A DNA stretch of 64,000 bases, from contig CATQHZ020000001.1 of assembly GCA_958296135.2 (NCBI GenBank), positions 1,248,001-1,312,000 of the forward strand, read 5' to 3'. Position 1 is the stretch's first letter; every line of letters begins with the position of its first letter. A model generated the notes under the pieces. That model saw nothing but the letters and a program-made list of their open reading frames with translations. It ran no database searches and was not told the DNA's origin. The DNA is from an uncultured Poribacteria bacterium. Lineage in GTDB: Bacteria; Poribacteria; WGA-4E; WGA-3G. The position numbers and the translations under genes are program-made. Positions 18,944 to 28,167 of the stretch are shown here, piece by piece.

Positions 18944-19519
18944 TTAATCCTTTACTGTGATGCGCTGGTAGATGTCGTGCAGTGGCAATTTGCATCCGAT
19001 TGAGGAGAGCACCAACACTTCCTCAAGAGTGTGATAGTTGCTGAGCCTCCACTGTGTGCCGTGTCGTCGATAGTGTTCGACGCGAACGCTGTCTTGCGCG
19101 ATGAGGAGGTATTCTTGCAAGGATGCAAGTTGTTTGTAGCGGTTGAACTTCTCGCCTCTGTCATACGCCTCGGTTGAAGGCGAGAGCACCTCCACGACAA
19201 GAATCGGGTTGAGGAGGGTGTCAAGGGCATCATCCTCAAATTCGGGTTCGCCGCAGACAACGACGACATCTGGATAGACGTAGGACTCTCTTGGACTCGG
19301 GCGCACCCGCATATCGCTGGAGATAGCCACGCAATTTCGCCTTTTCAATTGGTTGTTCAGTTCAGTCACGATATCCGCTTTGATGATATTGTGCGTGAAG
19401 CTTGCGCCGGACATAGCGATGATTTGTCCTGCGTGGTATTCGCTTTTGTATTCGGCCTTTCGCTCGATTTTGATATATTCCTCGGGGGTGAAGTATGTTT
19501 GTGCTGCGACGGTTGCCAC
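18944..19519 (-). CDS. Uma2 (DUF820) family endonuclease, copy 1
   Basis: Same motifs; GTG start with AAGGAGG upstream. Confidence 0.92.
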   Translation of the reverse strand: MATVAAQTYFTPEEYIKIERKAEYKSEYHAGQIIAMSGASFTHNIIKADIVTELNNQLKRRNCVAISSDMRVRPSPRESYVYPDVVVVCGEPEFEDDALDTLLNPILVVEVLSPSTEAYDRGEKFNRYKQLASLQEYLLIAQDSVRVEHYRRHGTQWRLSNYHTLEEVLVLSSIGCKLPLHDIYQRITVKD

Positions 19520-19549
19520 TGTTTTGCCTCCTTGTACTAGAACTCGCTT

Positions 19550-20749
19550 CTAGCGGCTAAACTGTTTGCCGGGCAATTGCTGCACGATGCCTTTGAGTTC
19601 TAACATCAACAGCACGCTGGATACCTTGCCAATCGGCAGTTGCGTCGTTCGGACGATGACGTCAATATGTGTTGAAGGTGCCTCGATTGCTTCAAATACC
19701 GTTTTTTCATCCTCGGTGAGCTCTGGTAGCGGTGCCGAGGGTTCCGGTGTCGGGACAGAGTTGGACGCGCGCCGATGGGTTTGCCGCTCAGGCTCTGGAG
19801 AATCGGCGTGTTCTGGCGGCGCGGTGCCAATAGGGAGCGTTGGTGATGCTGGCACGGCTACCAAATTTCGCGCGTGTTGGGGTAGTGATGCCAGTAGTTC
19901 ATCGACAGTGTGAATAAGCGTTGCGCCTTTACTAATCAGTTGATGGGTGCCCGTTGAGAGTTCCGAGTAAATGGGCCCCGGCACAGCGAACACTTCTCTC
20001 CCTTGTTCGACAGCGTGCCCCGCGGTAATCAGGGCACCACTCCGATTTGATGCCTCGACGACAACGGTGCCGAGTGTTAAGCCGCTAATAATCCGGTTGC
20101 GCCGCGGGAAATTATTCCCGAGCGGTTTCATACCCATCGGGAATTCGGAGATTAACGCGCCGGCTTGCGCAATCTCTTCCGCCAATTTCTCGTTTGAGGC
20201 GGGATAGATAAGGCTCAATCCGTTGCCCATGACAGCAATTGTCCTGCCGCCTGCGTCAAGCGCGCCGCGATGTGCATTAGTATCTATCCCACGTGCTAGT
20301 CCGCTTACCACCGTTACGCCGCGTTGCGCGAGTTGATAACTGAATTGACGGCTGACCTGCCGGCCATAATCCTTCGCGCCACGCGAGCCGACGAACGAAA
20401 TGCTGAGTGCATCTTCCGGCTTGAGTTCGCCTTTGACGTAAAGCACGAGCGGCGGATTGGCTATTTCTTTCAACAGCGGCGGATACGTTTCATCGGCCAG
20501 CGTCACAATCTGGCACCCATATTTCTCGATGAGTTCCAGTTCCTTCTCCAGCGGGCATCCTACCGGTTTTCGGATGAGTAGGTTGCGTATTGCAGGCGAG
20601 AGGTGCTCTAGCTGCTCGAGTTCCGCGGGTGTCGCGCGCAGTGCCTCTCCTGCACTACCAAACGATTCAAGCAGGATTTGGACGGTTTTGGGTCCCACGC
20701 CTTGAATCAGATTGAGATGAATGAGGCTTTTCGTTTCGTTAGATAGCAT
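19550..20749 (-). CDS. dprA: DNA-processing protein DprA
   Basis: YPPLLKEI..PPLVLY, VGSR, SGLARGID, FPRRNRIISG, C-terminal winged helix LELKG. Confidence 0.96.
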   Translation of the reverse strand: MLSNETKSLIHLNLIQGVGPKTVQILLESFGSAGEALRATPAELEQLEHLSPAIRNLLIRKPVGCPLEKELELIEKYGCQIVTLADETYPPLLKEIANPPLVLYVKGELKPEDALSISFVGSRGAKDYGRQVSRQFSYQLAQRGVTVVSGLARGIDTNAHRGALDAGGRTIAVMGNGLSLIYPASNEKLAEEIAQAGALISEFPMGMKPLGNNFPRRNRIISGLTLGTVVVEASNRSGALITAGHAVEQGREVFAVPGPIYSELSTGTHQLISKGATLIHTVDELLASLPQHARNLVAVPASPTLPIGTAPPEHADSPEPERQTHRRASNSVPTPEPSAPLPELTEDEKTVFEAIEAPSTHIDVIVRTTQLPIGKVSSVLLMLELKGIVQQLPGKQFSR

Positions 20750-20925
20750 CTAATCCGCCTTAAATTTCCCAATAAGTTGCTGGAGCTCGCTTCGCGTGGC
20801 GAGGGACAGCAGAGATGAGCGCGAATCGGCGTAACGGCCCTCGCCCTCCGGTGTCGTGAGCGTGGCGAGGGGCACCCTCGGCGATTTGCGTTCGCCGGGC
20901 CCTCGCCCTCCGGGATACCGATGAT

Positions 20926-21513
20926 TTACTCGGTTGCTGGTGTTTCCGCCGAGTCGGGTGGGAGCGCGTAGTAGAGCTCGATTTCCTGAATCTTCTTATA
21001 CTCTGACGCGCTCGGGGCACCGCTTTCGCTGCGCCTTGAACGTTTCTGCCCGCCGACGCGCCGTGACTCCCACTGCCGTGGCACCCTCAACCGGAATTTT
21101 GTTGTCATAATCGGCTCTTTCAAGGTGAATCTGTAGTTCTCGCGAAGATTGTCTTTCACCTCTTTCACCGTTACCCACTTGCCTTCTTCATCCATGTACT
21201 GAATAGCGAAGAATTCCAGTTGTCCTTCTTGCGCCTTGACGACAACCTGTTGGATAGTCTGCGGTTTTCGCCATTCAAGCAAAGCCTCAGTGAATTTATC
21301 GGATTCAGCCTGGGCTGCTTCATCTTTTTCGGCTGAGAGAATCGGCCCGGTTTCACCTTGTGTATGGATGTTGTCATCGTGGAACTTCGTATCCTGGCTT
21401 GTCGCCATAATGGCGATGTTCTTACTCCAGTTGAGGGAGGGACTGGACGAAAGAATGCATCCCGACAGCCCTATTACCCCACAGAGGAGTATCGCGAATA
21501 AACCAAAACGCAT
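20926..21513 (-). CDS. Hypothetical lipoprotein, possibly discoidin/galactose-binding-like fold
   Basis: Lipobox LSGC; C-terminal KIQEIELY. Confidence 0.75.
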   Translation of the reverse strand: MRFGLFAILLCGVIGLSGCILSSSPSLNWSKNIAIMATSQDTKFHDDNIHTQGETGPILSAEKDEAAQAESDKFTEALLEWRKPQTIQQVVVKAQEGQLEFFAIQYMDEEGKWVTVKEVKDNLRENYRFTLKEPIMTTKFRLRVPRQWESRRVGGQKRSRRSESGAPSASEYKKIQEIELYYALPPDSAETPATE

Positions 21514-21638
21514 CTATTACCTCCTGGCCGAACGGCTGAGAAGCCGTTCGTGATAATGAGGCGGCGTTGCGCAAACGGCCGCCTTCAGCTTAGAAAACTG
21601 CATCGAAAACGTGACGATGCTGAACGGTGCAAAACATG

Positions 21639-22283
21639 TTACTCTAATTGCAGTAAATCGTCAAGTTCTTTCTCGCGCTGATCGGTGGCTGCCTTTTCCG
21701 CTACCTGCTCGGCGGATTTGTAGCCGTAGAGTTCGATCTCGCGGATTTTCCCGACTGCGCGTCGATTGCCGGTAAACCAGCCGCGGCCGCCGGAGCGCGC
21801 GCGTTGCTGCCGGTTCAGGAGCGCGTCGTCTTTCGTTCCTAAAACGCGGAGCCGAATCTTGTCGGTAGGGAATGGAATCAACAACGAGATCTGAATGGGA
21901 CTGCTTTTGACGCTCTTTACCTCTTTAATCATCTGCCAGTCCGTTTCAACGGCGATGCTCCCTTTATCGGCGTGGATGTCAAACTCCGTTAGATTATCGG
22001 AATGGACGACGATTCGCCGGATAGTCTTTTTTTCGGGTAGCATAATCACTACTTCGGATGCCGGGTTTGCGCCGGCGAACCCCGATGAACCTTCGGGGAA
22101 CGTTGTTTCCCCGATAGTGTTCAACTTGCCATCAATCATCTGTGGGCTGGATGCCCGCACGCCTTCTGTGAGTGCGTAGTTTTCGCTCCACTCTTGTTCC
22201 GAGAACAGTGCGCTACATCCTGTCAGCGTCACCGTAAAACAGATAAACAGGAGGCAGAATCCCATGAGTCGATAAGTCATCAT
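21639..22283 (-). CDS. Hypothetical lipoprotein, distant paralog of the neighbouring gene
   Basis: Lipobox LTGC; MIDGKLNT; KIREIELY. Confidence 0.75.
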   Translation of the reverse strand: MMTYRLMGFCLLFICFTVTLTGCSALFSEQEWSENYALTEGVRASSPQMIDGKLNTIGETTFPEGSSGFAGANPASEVVIMLPEKKTIRRIVVHSDNLTEFDIHADKGSIAVETDWQMIKEVKSVKSSPIQISLLIPFPTDKIRLRVLGTKDDALLNRQQRARSGGRGWFTGNRRAVGKIREIELYGYKSAEQVAEKAATDQREKELDDLLQLE

Positions 22284-22400
22284 TTTTCTCCTATAAAAAG
22301 TTGCGCGCGTCCGAACCGCGCTTACGTAAGACTTGCATGAGAGACCTCTGACGAGATTTGGCCCACGACCCGGTTGCGTCAGAAATCCTATAATGCTGTG

Positions 22401-23855
22401 TCATGCAGAAAATTTCCATGTCGCGCCTTGGCGCGTATCTTGTATTTCAATGTTCAGTTCTTTCAGCCGGTCGCGAATTCTGTCCGATGTCTCCCAATCC
22501 TTGCGCTGTCGTGCCTCTTGACGAATATCGAGCAGTAGTGTCACAAGTTGATTGAGCGTTTCACGGCTGTCGCTTTGCACGTTGCTTGTCTGCGGCGTGT
22601 AGATGCCGAGCACGCCGCATGTTTCTGTGAGTGCCTTGCGCGCGTGTGCGAGAACGCCGGCTGCTGCGGCTGTCTCCGTTTTCAGGATAAATCGGTTTAC
22701 CGCGCCGATGAGCGTGAAAATCGCGCCGATGGCGCGCGCCGTGTTGAAATCCGCGTCCATGGCAGTCTCAAAGTCTGCTTTCATTTGCTGGACAGCGGCG
22801 CGGAGGGAGGTTTCAGCTTCGCCCTCTACAACCGCGGTGTCTGCTAGCTGAGTTGGTTCGGGCTTGCCTGAGCCCGACAACGCCTCTAGGCAATTGTTCA
22901 ACCTGCGCAGCGCGCCTTCCGATTTTGCGAGACTTTCCGGGTTGTAGTCAAGCGGGTGGCGGTATTGCGCCGAAATCAGAAAGTGGCGGATTACCTCGGT
23001 TGGATAATTGTCCAGTGCATCTCGGAGGAGGATAAAGTTACGCTCAGATTTACCCATCCGTCTGCCATCGATTTTCAAGAAGGCGACATGCACCCAGTAG
23101 CGAGCGAAAGGTTTTCCTGTCGCGAGTTCACTCTGCGCGATTTCGTTCTCGTTGTGTGGAAAAAGCAGGTCTTCGCCTGCAATGTGCAGATCCAAGGTGT
23201 TACCGAGGTGTTTCATCGCCATGGCGGAGCATTCGATGTGCCACCCCGGTCTGCCCTTGCCCCAGGGGCTGTCCCAAGTGGGTTCGCCCGGCTTGGCGGC
23301 TTTCCAAAGGTCAAAGTCCCTCGGGTCTTCTTTGCGTTTGTCGATTTCGACGCGTGCGCCGGCGAGCAAATCTTCCGGCTTCCGATGCGACAACTTGCCG
23401 TATTCGGCGAAGGCGTTGACTCGGTAATAGACACTCCCGTCAATGACATAGGCTGCCCGTTTGTCAATAAGCGTCTGGATGAGGGTTATCATCTCGGGGA
23501 TGTGTTCGGTAGCTTTCGGGTGCACCTCCGCGGGCTGTATGCCGAGTCGCCGTGAATCTTCGAGGAACGCGTCGCCGCGCTGCTGTGCGAGTTGCTTCTC
23601 GCTGATGCCGAGTTCCGCTGCCCGCGCGATAATCTTGTCGTCAATATCGGTTAAATTCTGCGCGAGTTTGACGTTGTAGCCTTTATACGTCAGGTACCGT
23701 CGGATGATATCTGTCACCAACGCGGTGCGTGCATTGCCGATATGGATGTAGTCGTAGACCGTGGGGCCGCAGTTGTAAATCGTCACCCGTTCGTTGTTGA
23801 GGGGAACGAAGTCTTCGAGTTGTCGGCTCAGCGAATTGTAAATCTGAAGTCCCAT
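22401..23855 (-). CDS. cysS: Cysteine--tRNA ligase
   Basis: CGPTVYD, HIGN, GRPGWHIECSAM, RMGKS. Confidence 0.97.
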   Translation of the reverse strand: MGLQIYNSLSRQLEDFVPLNNERVTIYNCGPTVYDYIHIGNARTALVTDIIRRYLTYKGYNVKLAQNLTDIDDKIIARAAELGISEKQLAQQRGDAFLEDSRRLGIQPAEVHPKATEHIPEMITLIQTLIDKRAAYVIDGSVYYRVNAFAEYGKLSHRKPEDLLAGARVEIDKRKEDPRDFDLWKAAKPGEPTWDSPWGKGRPGWHIECSAMAMKHLGNTLDLHIAGEDLLFPHNENEIAQSELATGKPFARYWVHVAFLKIDGRRMGKSERNFILLRDALDNYPTEVIRHFLISAQYRHPLDYNPESLAKSEGALRRLNNCLEALSGSGKPEPTQLADTAVVEGEAETSLRAAVQQMKADFETAMDADFNTARAIGAIFTLIGAVNRFILKTETAAAAGVLAHARKALTETCGVLGIYTPQTSNVQSDSRETLNQLVTLLLDIRQEARQRKDWETSDRIRDRLKELNIEIQDTRQGATWKFSA

Positions 23856-23860
23856 TTTTC

Positions 23861-24397
23861 CTAGGTTTGTCCTCCTTTTTTGTTAAGGCACGCGACGGCT
23901 TGCGCGACGATTGCCTTCTCTTCTCCCACGATGCCCAATCCTTCGGAAGTCGTTGCTTTAATGCCAATCTGTTCCACGGAGATGCCGAGTGCTTCAGCAA
24001 GCGTTGCGCGCATCTGTGGCATGTAAGGTGCTAGTTTTGGGCGTTGCGCGATAACGGTGCTGTCCACATTGCCAATCTGGTATCCTGTCTGCCTTACCTT
24101 CGCGGCGATGTCTCGGAGGAAAACGAGGCTGTCCATGCCTTCATAACGGGCATCCGTATCCGGGAAGTGCGTGCCGATGTCGCCTAAGGCTGCTGCACCG
24201 AGTATAGCATCAATGATAGCGTGTGTCAAGACATCTGCATCCGAATGTCCCAGTAGCCCTAAATGATATGAGATTTCGACACCGCCCAGAATCAATTTCC
24301 GGTCGGCGACTAACCGATGAATGTCGTAACCAATCCCGACTCGCATTTCATTTGTTGTCCCTAGCGGTTGTTCAGTTGTGTCTGATAACGTCAGCAT
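23861..24397 (-). CDS. ispF: 2-C-methyl-D-erythritol 2,4-cyclodiphosphate synthase
   Basis: [29 protein letters not shown]. Confidence 0.96.
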   Translation of the reverse strand: MLTLSDTTEQPLGTTNEMRVGIGYDIHRLVADRKLILGGVEISYHLGLLGHSDADVLTHAIIDAILGAAALGDIGTHFPDTDARYEGMDSLVFLRDIAAKVRQTGYQIGNVDSTVIAQRPKLAPYMPQMRATLAEALGISVEQIGIKATTSEGLGIVGEEKAIVAQAVACLNKKGGQT

Positions 24398-24451
24398 CCC
24401 TTAGCCTTCCGAAAAGACGTTGTCTTTTCTTGCTGTCTTTGGCGAGGTTCG

Positions 24452-25162
24452 TTATAGAAAATCAGCGAGGAGTGCCTTAGCAATGCGCAAATCCTCCGGC
24501 GTAGTGATTTTCACGTTCGTATAACTGCCACTCACTAACTTAACGGGATATCCGAGTTGTTCAACGAGGGCGGCATCGTCGGTTGCGGTGAGTTGCTGCA
24601 CCGCTGCGATTTGATGCGCTTCTTCCAGCAGAGATTTCCGAAAGACTTGGGGTGTTTGCACCGTCCAGAGCCGGTCGCGCATCGGTGTCTCATCAATGAA
24701 GCCTTCCTCGTTCGCGATTTTTATCGTCTCCTTCACTGGCACGGCTGCTACCGCTGCCCCCCATTCCGCCGCCGCATCGAGGCACGCGAAAATCGTCTCG
24801 TCTGTTACAAACGGCCGTACGCCATCGTGGACAATCACGAAATCGGCGTTTGCGGGGAGCGCGCGCATGCCGTTATAGACAGACATCTGCCGCGTTGCGC
24901 CGCCCGCTACCAGTCCCTGCACTTTCTGAAACGCATAAGGTGCCAGCACAGTGGCTTGACACATTTCAAAGTCTGCTTCGTTGACAATCACAAAAATTCC
25001 ATCAATGGCGGTATGCTGCTCAAACCGTTGAATTGTATGCGCTAAAATCGGCTTCTGTGCCAACGCTAAATACGGCTTTTTGACGGAACTTTTGAGTCGG
25101 CTGCCCTCACCTGCGGCCGGAATGAGGGTGCATATTTTGCTGTTCATCTGTGTCCATCGCAT
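24452..25162 (-). CDS. ispD: 2-C-methyl-D-erythritol 4-phosphate cytidylyltransferase
   Basis: PAAGEGSR, GGATRQ, HDGVRP, QTPQ, TDDA, KITTPED. Confidence 0.96.
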   Translation of the reverse strand: MRWTQMNSKICTLIPAAGEGSRLKSSVKKPYLALAQKPILAHTIQRFEQHTAIDGIFVIVNEADFEMCQATVLAPYAFQKVQGLVAGGATRQMSVYNGMRALPANADFVIVHDGVRPFVTDETIFACLDAAAEWGAAVAAVPVKETIKIANEEGFIDETPMRDRLWTVQTPQVFRKSLLEEAHQIAAVQQLTATDDAALVEQLGYPVKLVSGSYTNVKITTPEDLRIAKALLADFL

Positions 25163-25253
25163 CCGTTTTTCTCCGTGGCACACCGTTGAGCCCGAGCGGG
25201 TCCAGCCCCGGGGAGCAGGTTTCCCTACAGAGACAATCTCACGTGATTGGGGA

Positions 25254-26618
25254 TTATAACAAGGCACTCAGGCTATCATAGACATCACTCACGCCGACGA
25301 GTTCAATGCCTTCCTCTATTTCTAATCCTTTGCGGTTGTATTCGGGAAAGATGGCGCGTTGGAATCCGAGTTTTGCGGCTTCCCTGAGCCGTCTTTCGAC
25401 GTGCGTCACCGGGCGGATTTCGCCGCCGAGTCCTACCTCTCCGATGACGACGGTGCGCTTGTCGACAGGAATATCTCGATGGTTCGAGGTGATTGCCATC
25501 ATCACACCGAGGTCGATGCCGGGTTCATCGACGCGGAGTCCTCCCGTAATGTTAACGAAGACATCGGAGTCGCCCACGTCAATTCCTACCCGTTTGTTCA
25601 ACACGGCGATGAGCAGCGCGATGCGGTGTCTGTCGACTCCTGTTGCCGTGTTGCGCGGGTTACTATAGTTTGTCGGGACGACGAGGGCTTGGACTTCCAT
25701 CAACAACGGCCGGGTGCCCTCCATGCTTGAGACGACGACAGAGCCCGATACCTCTTCCTCCCGGTTGCTGAGAAAGAGTTCGGAGGGGTTCATCACGTCC
25801 ACGAGTCCTTTGCTCTGCATTTCAAAGATGCCGATTTCGTTCGTTGAGCCGAATCGGTTTTTGATGGCCCGCAGTACGCGGTAGATGTGATGCCGTTCTC
25901 CCTCAAAATAGAGCACCGTATCCACCATGTGTTCTAAAATGCGGGGCCCTGCGAGTGAGCCCTCCTTTGTCACGTGCCCTACGAGAAAAATAGGGATATT
26001 CCGCCCCTTTGCACTGGTGAGGAGGCGCCCGGTGCATTCACGAATCTGGGTGACGCTCCCCGGTGCGGATTGGATGCTCGACAAATACACCGTTTGGATA
26101 GAATCGATGATAACCACTTTCGGTTTGAACGTCTCAATGTGCTTTTCAACTTGTTCCAAGTTGTTTTCGGCAAGCACGTAGAGGGTGTCTGAAGAGACAC
26201 CGAGCCGCGTCGCGCGAAGTTTTGTCTGGCTAACTGATTCTTCGCCGGAGACGTAAAGCACGTCGCCGTAGTTCCGGCTGAGGGCATCGCTTGCTTGCAG
26301 CAACAGCGTCGATTTGCCGATGCCCGGGTCGCCGCCGATAAGGATGACGGAGCCGGGGACAATGCCGCCGCCGAGCACCCGGTCGAACTCTGCCATACCT
26401 GTTAGGTGCCGCTCCACGTCACTCGCTGTTACCTGTGAAATTGGCTCCGGCTGGCTTGTGGCTTGCCCGATGCCGCGGTGCATTGTCGAAGAGGCCGCGG
26501 GGACTTCTACCTCTTCGGCGAAGCTCTGCCAACTTTTGCATCCCGGGCAGCGTCCTAGCGTTCTCGGCGTTGCATAGCCGCACTCTTGACAGACAAATCG
26601 CCGTTTTTCTCGTGCCAT
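25254..26618 (-). CDS. radA: DNA repair protein RadA/Sms
   Basis: C4 zinc finger, GGDPGIGKST, KNRFG. Confidence 0.97.
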   Translation of the reverse strand: MAREKRRFVCQECGYATPRTLGRCPGCKSWQSFAEEVEVPAASSTMHRGIGQATSQPEPISQVTASDVERHLTGMAEFDRVLGGGIVPGSVILIGGDPGIGKSTLLLQASDALSRNYGDVLYVSGEESVSQTKLRATRLGVSSDTLYVLAENNLEQVEKHIETFKPKVVIIDSIQTVYLSSIQSAPGSVTQIRECTGRLLTSAKGRNIPIFLVGHVTKEGSLAGPRILEHMVDTVLYFEGERHHIYRVLRAIKNRFGSTNEIGIFEMQSKGLVDVMNPSELFLSNREEEVSGSVVVSSMEGTRPLLMEVQALVVPTNYSNPRNTATGVDRHRIALLIAVLNKRVGIDVGDSDVFVNITGGLRVDEPGIDLGVMMAITSNHRDIPVDKRTVVIGEVGLGGEIRPVTHVERRLREAAKLGFQRAIFPEYNRKGLEIEEGIELVGVSDVYDSLSALL

Positions 26619-26661
26619 ATTTTGCGTCCATTTTGCATGCGCGCGTGGCATGCGCGCCTAG

Positions 26662-28150
26662 TTAACTTTTCAGCATGAGCTCCGTCTGCTCATCCTTAAA
26701 ATGACGCGCCGATTTGTGCCGAGATTCGATGCGCCACGGCAGCTGTATCGTTTCGTTCAGCGAGGCCGGATTCGCAAAGTAACCGTCGTCAATCTGCCAG
26801 AATTGGAGGCGCGGATAAGATACGCCGTTATGTTGGAACGTGCCCATCTCCTCTTGCATCGCCTTCATACCACTGCTGACAGGTGTTAAGGTGATGAATA
26901 TGCCAATCTGCGCTTTCGTTTCACGAAGAGTATGGCAGAATGCGCGCAGCGTTGATACATTAGTTCTGCCGGATTTCACCTCGGCGATAACGCGCGTATT
27001 TCGCGATTTCTGGTTACGTGGATTCCACACCTTCACGCTGCCGATGCCATCGAAACCGCCATCGCCGACATCTGCAGTGGGTTCAAGCCCGATGCGCGTC
27101 ACTGCCCAGTTGGCGAAATCGTGATACTTTTTCTGATCGCGCACCAGCAACGTCACTTCCTGCATATTCGTCGGGTAGCCTGCAATCTCATAATCAACGG
27201 AGGGTTCAAGGCCATGCCGCTCGCGCAGCCGTTTCTGCATCGGATCCAACGCGAGAAGCGTGATGTCAATCCCTATCCATTGACGGTTTAACGTTTCTGC
27301 GGCATCAATCGTCGTGCCGCAGCCGCAAAACGGATCGAGCACGATGTCGCCCGGTTTTGACGATGCCTCGATCATCCGTTCATATAGCACACGAGGCTTC
27401 TGCGTAGGATATCCAAGACGCTCTTTCGCCCTTGATTGGAGACGAGGAATTTCCCATACGTCCCTCATATTCGTCTCATTGACGATGACAGCCTTGTCGG
27501 TATACGTGCGCATTTTACCAGTTTCCGGATCGCGGGCATTCCATCGTTTGTATTTCGGAGTGCTACCCGCCTTGGGTTCCATTGGCGTGTTCCATACAAT
27601 ATCTTTCCCTTTGGAATAAAAGAGAATAGTATCATGCATGGACTGGTATTTTTGCGACTTGCCGGCCCATCGCCTATAGGACCAGACTATCTCATTTCTG
27701 AAGTTTGCCACACCGAACACGACATCCATCAGACTTTTTAGATAATGACTCGCTGTCGGATCGCAGTGCAGATACATGCATCCTGTCGGATGCAGGACAC
27801 GATGACACTCCACTAGACGTGGCCCCATGAAGGCGAGATACGCACGCATGGCACTCAGCGGACCGCTTGTCGCTTTCTGCAAGACGTAATCGTATCCGTA
27901 TAAGGCATCGTTCAGGGCGGCGTAGGTTTCGGATTCCCGCGCGAGTTGGGCTATCTCACGCCGCGCGGCTTGCGCTGCATCGTCCCATGTCCATGTATCC
28001 ACAAATGCTGTTCGCTGCGATTGTGACTCGGAAAGGAACGTGTTATAGTTGCGGCCGCTGTTAAAGGGCGGGTCTGTGCAGACGATATCGACCCCCCCCT
28101 TCAATTTCTCGTAAAATTTGTAGGTTGTCTCCGAAGTAAATTTTTCGCAT
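26662..28150 (-). CDS. N6/N4 DNA methyltransferase fused to an Mrr-like nuclease domain; frameshifted at a G8 tract near the N-terminus
   Basis: DPPF, GYPTQKP, LDPFCGCGTT, DGGFDG...EVKSG. The family-typical N-terminus MRKIYFGDNL starts at 28150 in a different frame. Confidence 0.88.
28092..28099 (-). repeat. Homopolymeric G8 tract at the frameshift site
   Basis: Plus strand reads A-CCCCCCCC-T. Confidence 0.9.
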
Positions 28151-28167
28151 GGGCACATTTCTCCTAT

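Noticed and set aside
17165-19519. Diversity-generating retroelement acting on the Uma2 copies
   Set aside because: Differences between copies are not adenine-specific, all copies are full coding genes, and the window has no reverse transcriptase.
28151-28158. ORF-track start MCPCEKF for the methyltransferase
   Set aside because: The SD spacing is only 2 nt and the N-terminus is non-homologous; the homologous start is at 28150 in another frame.
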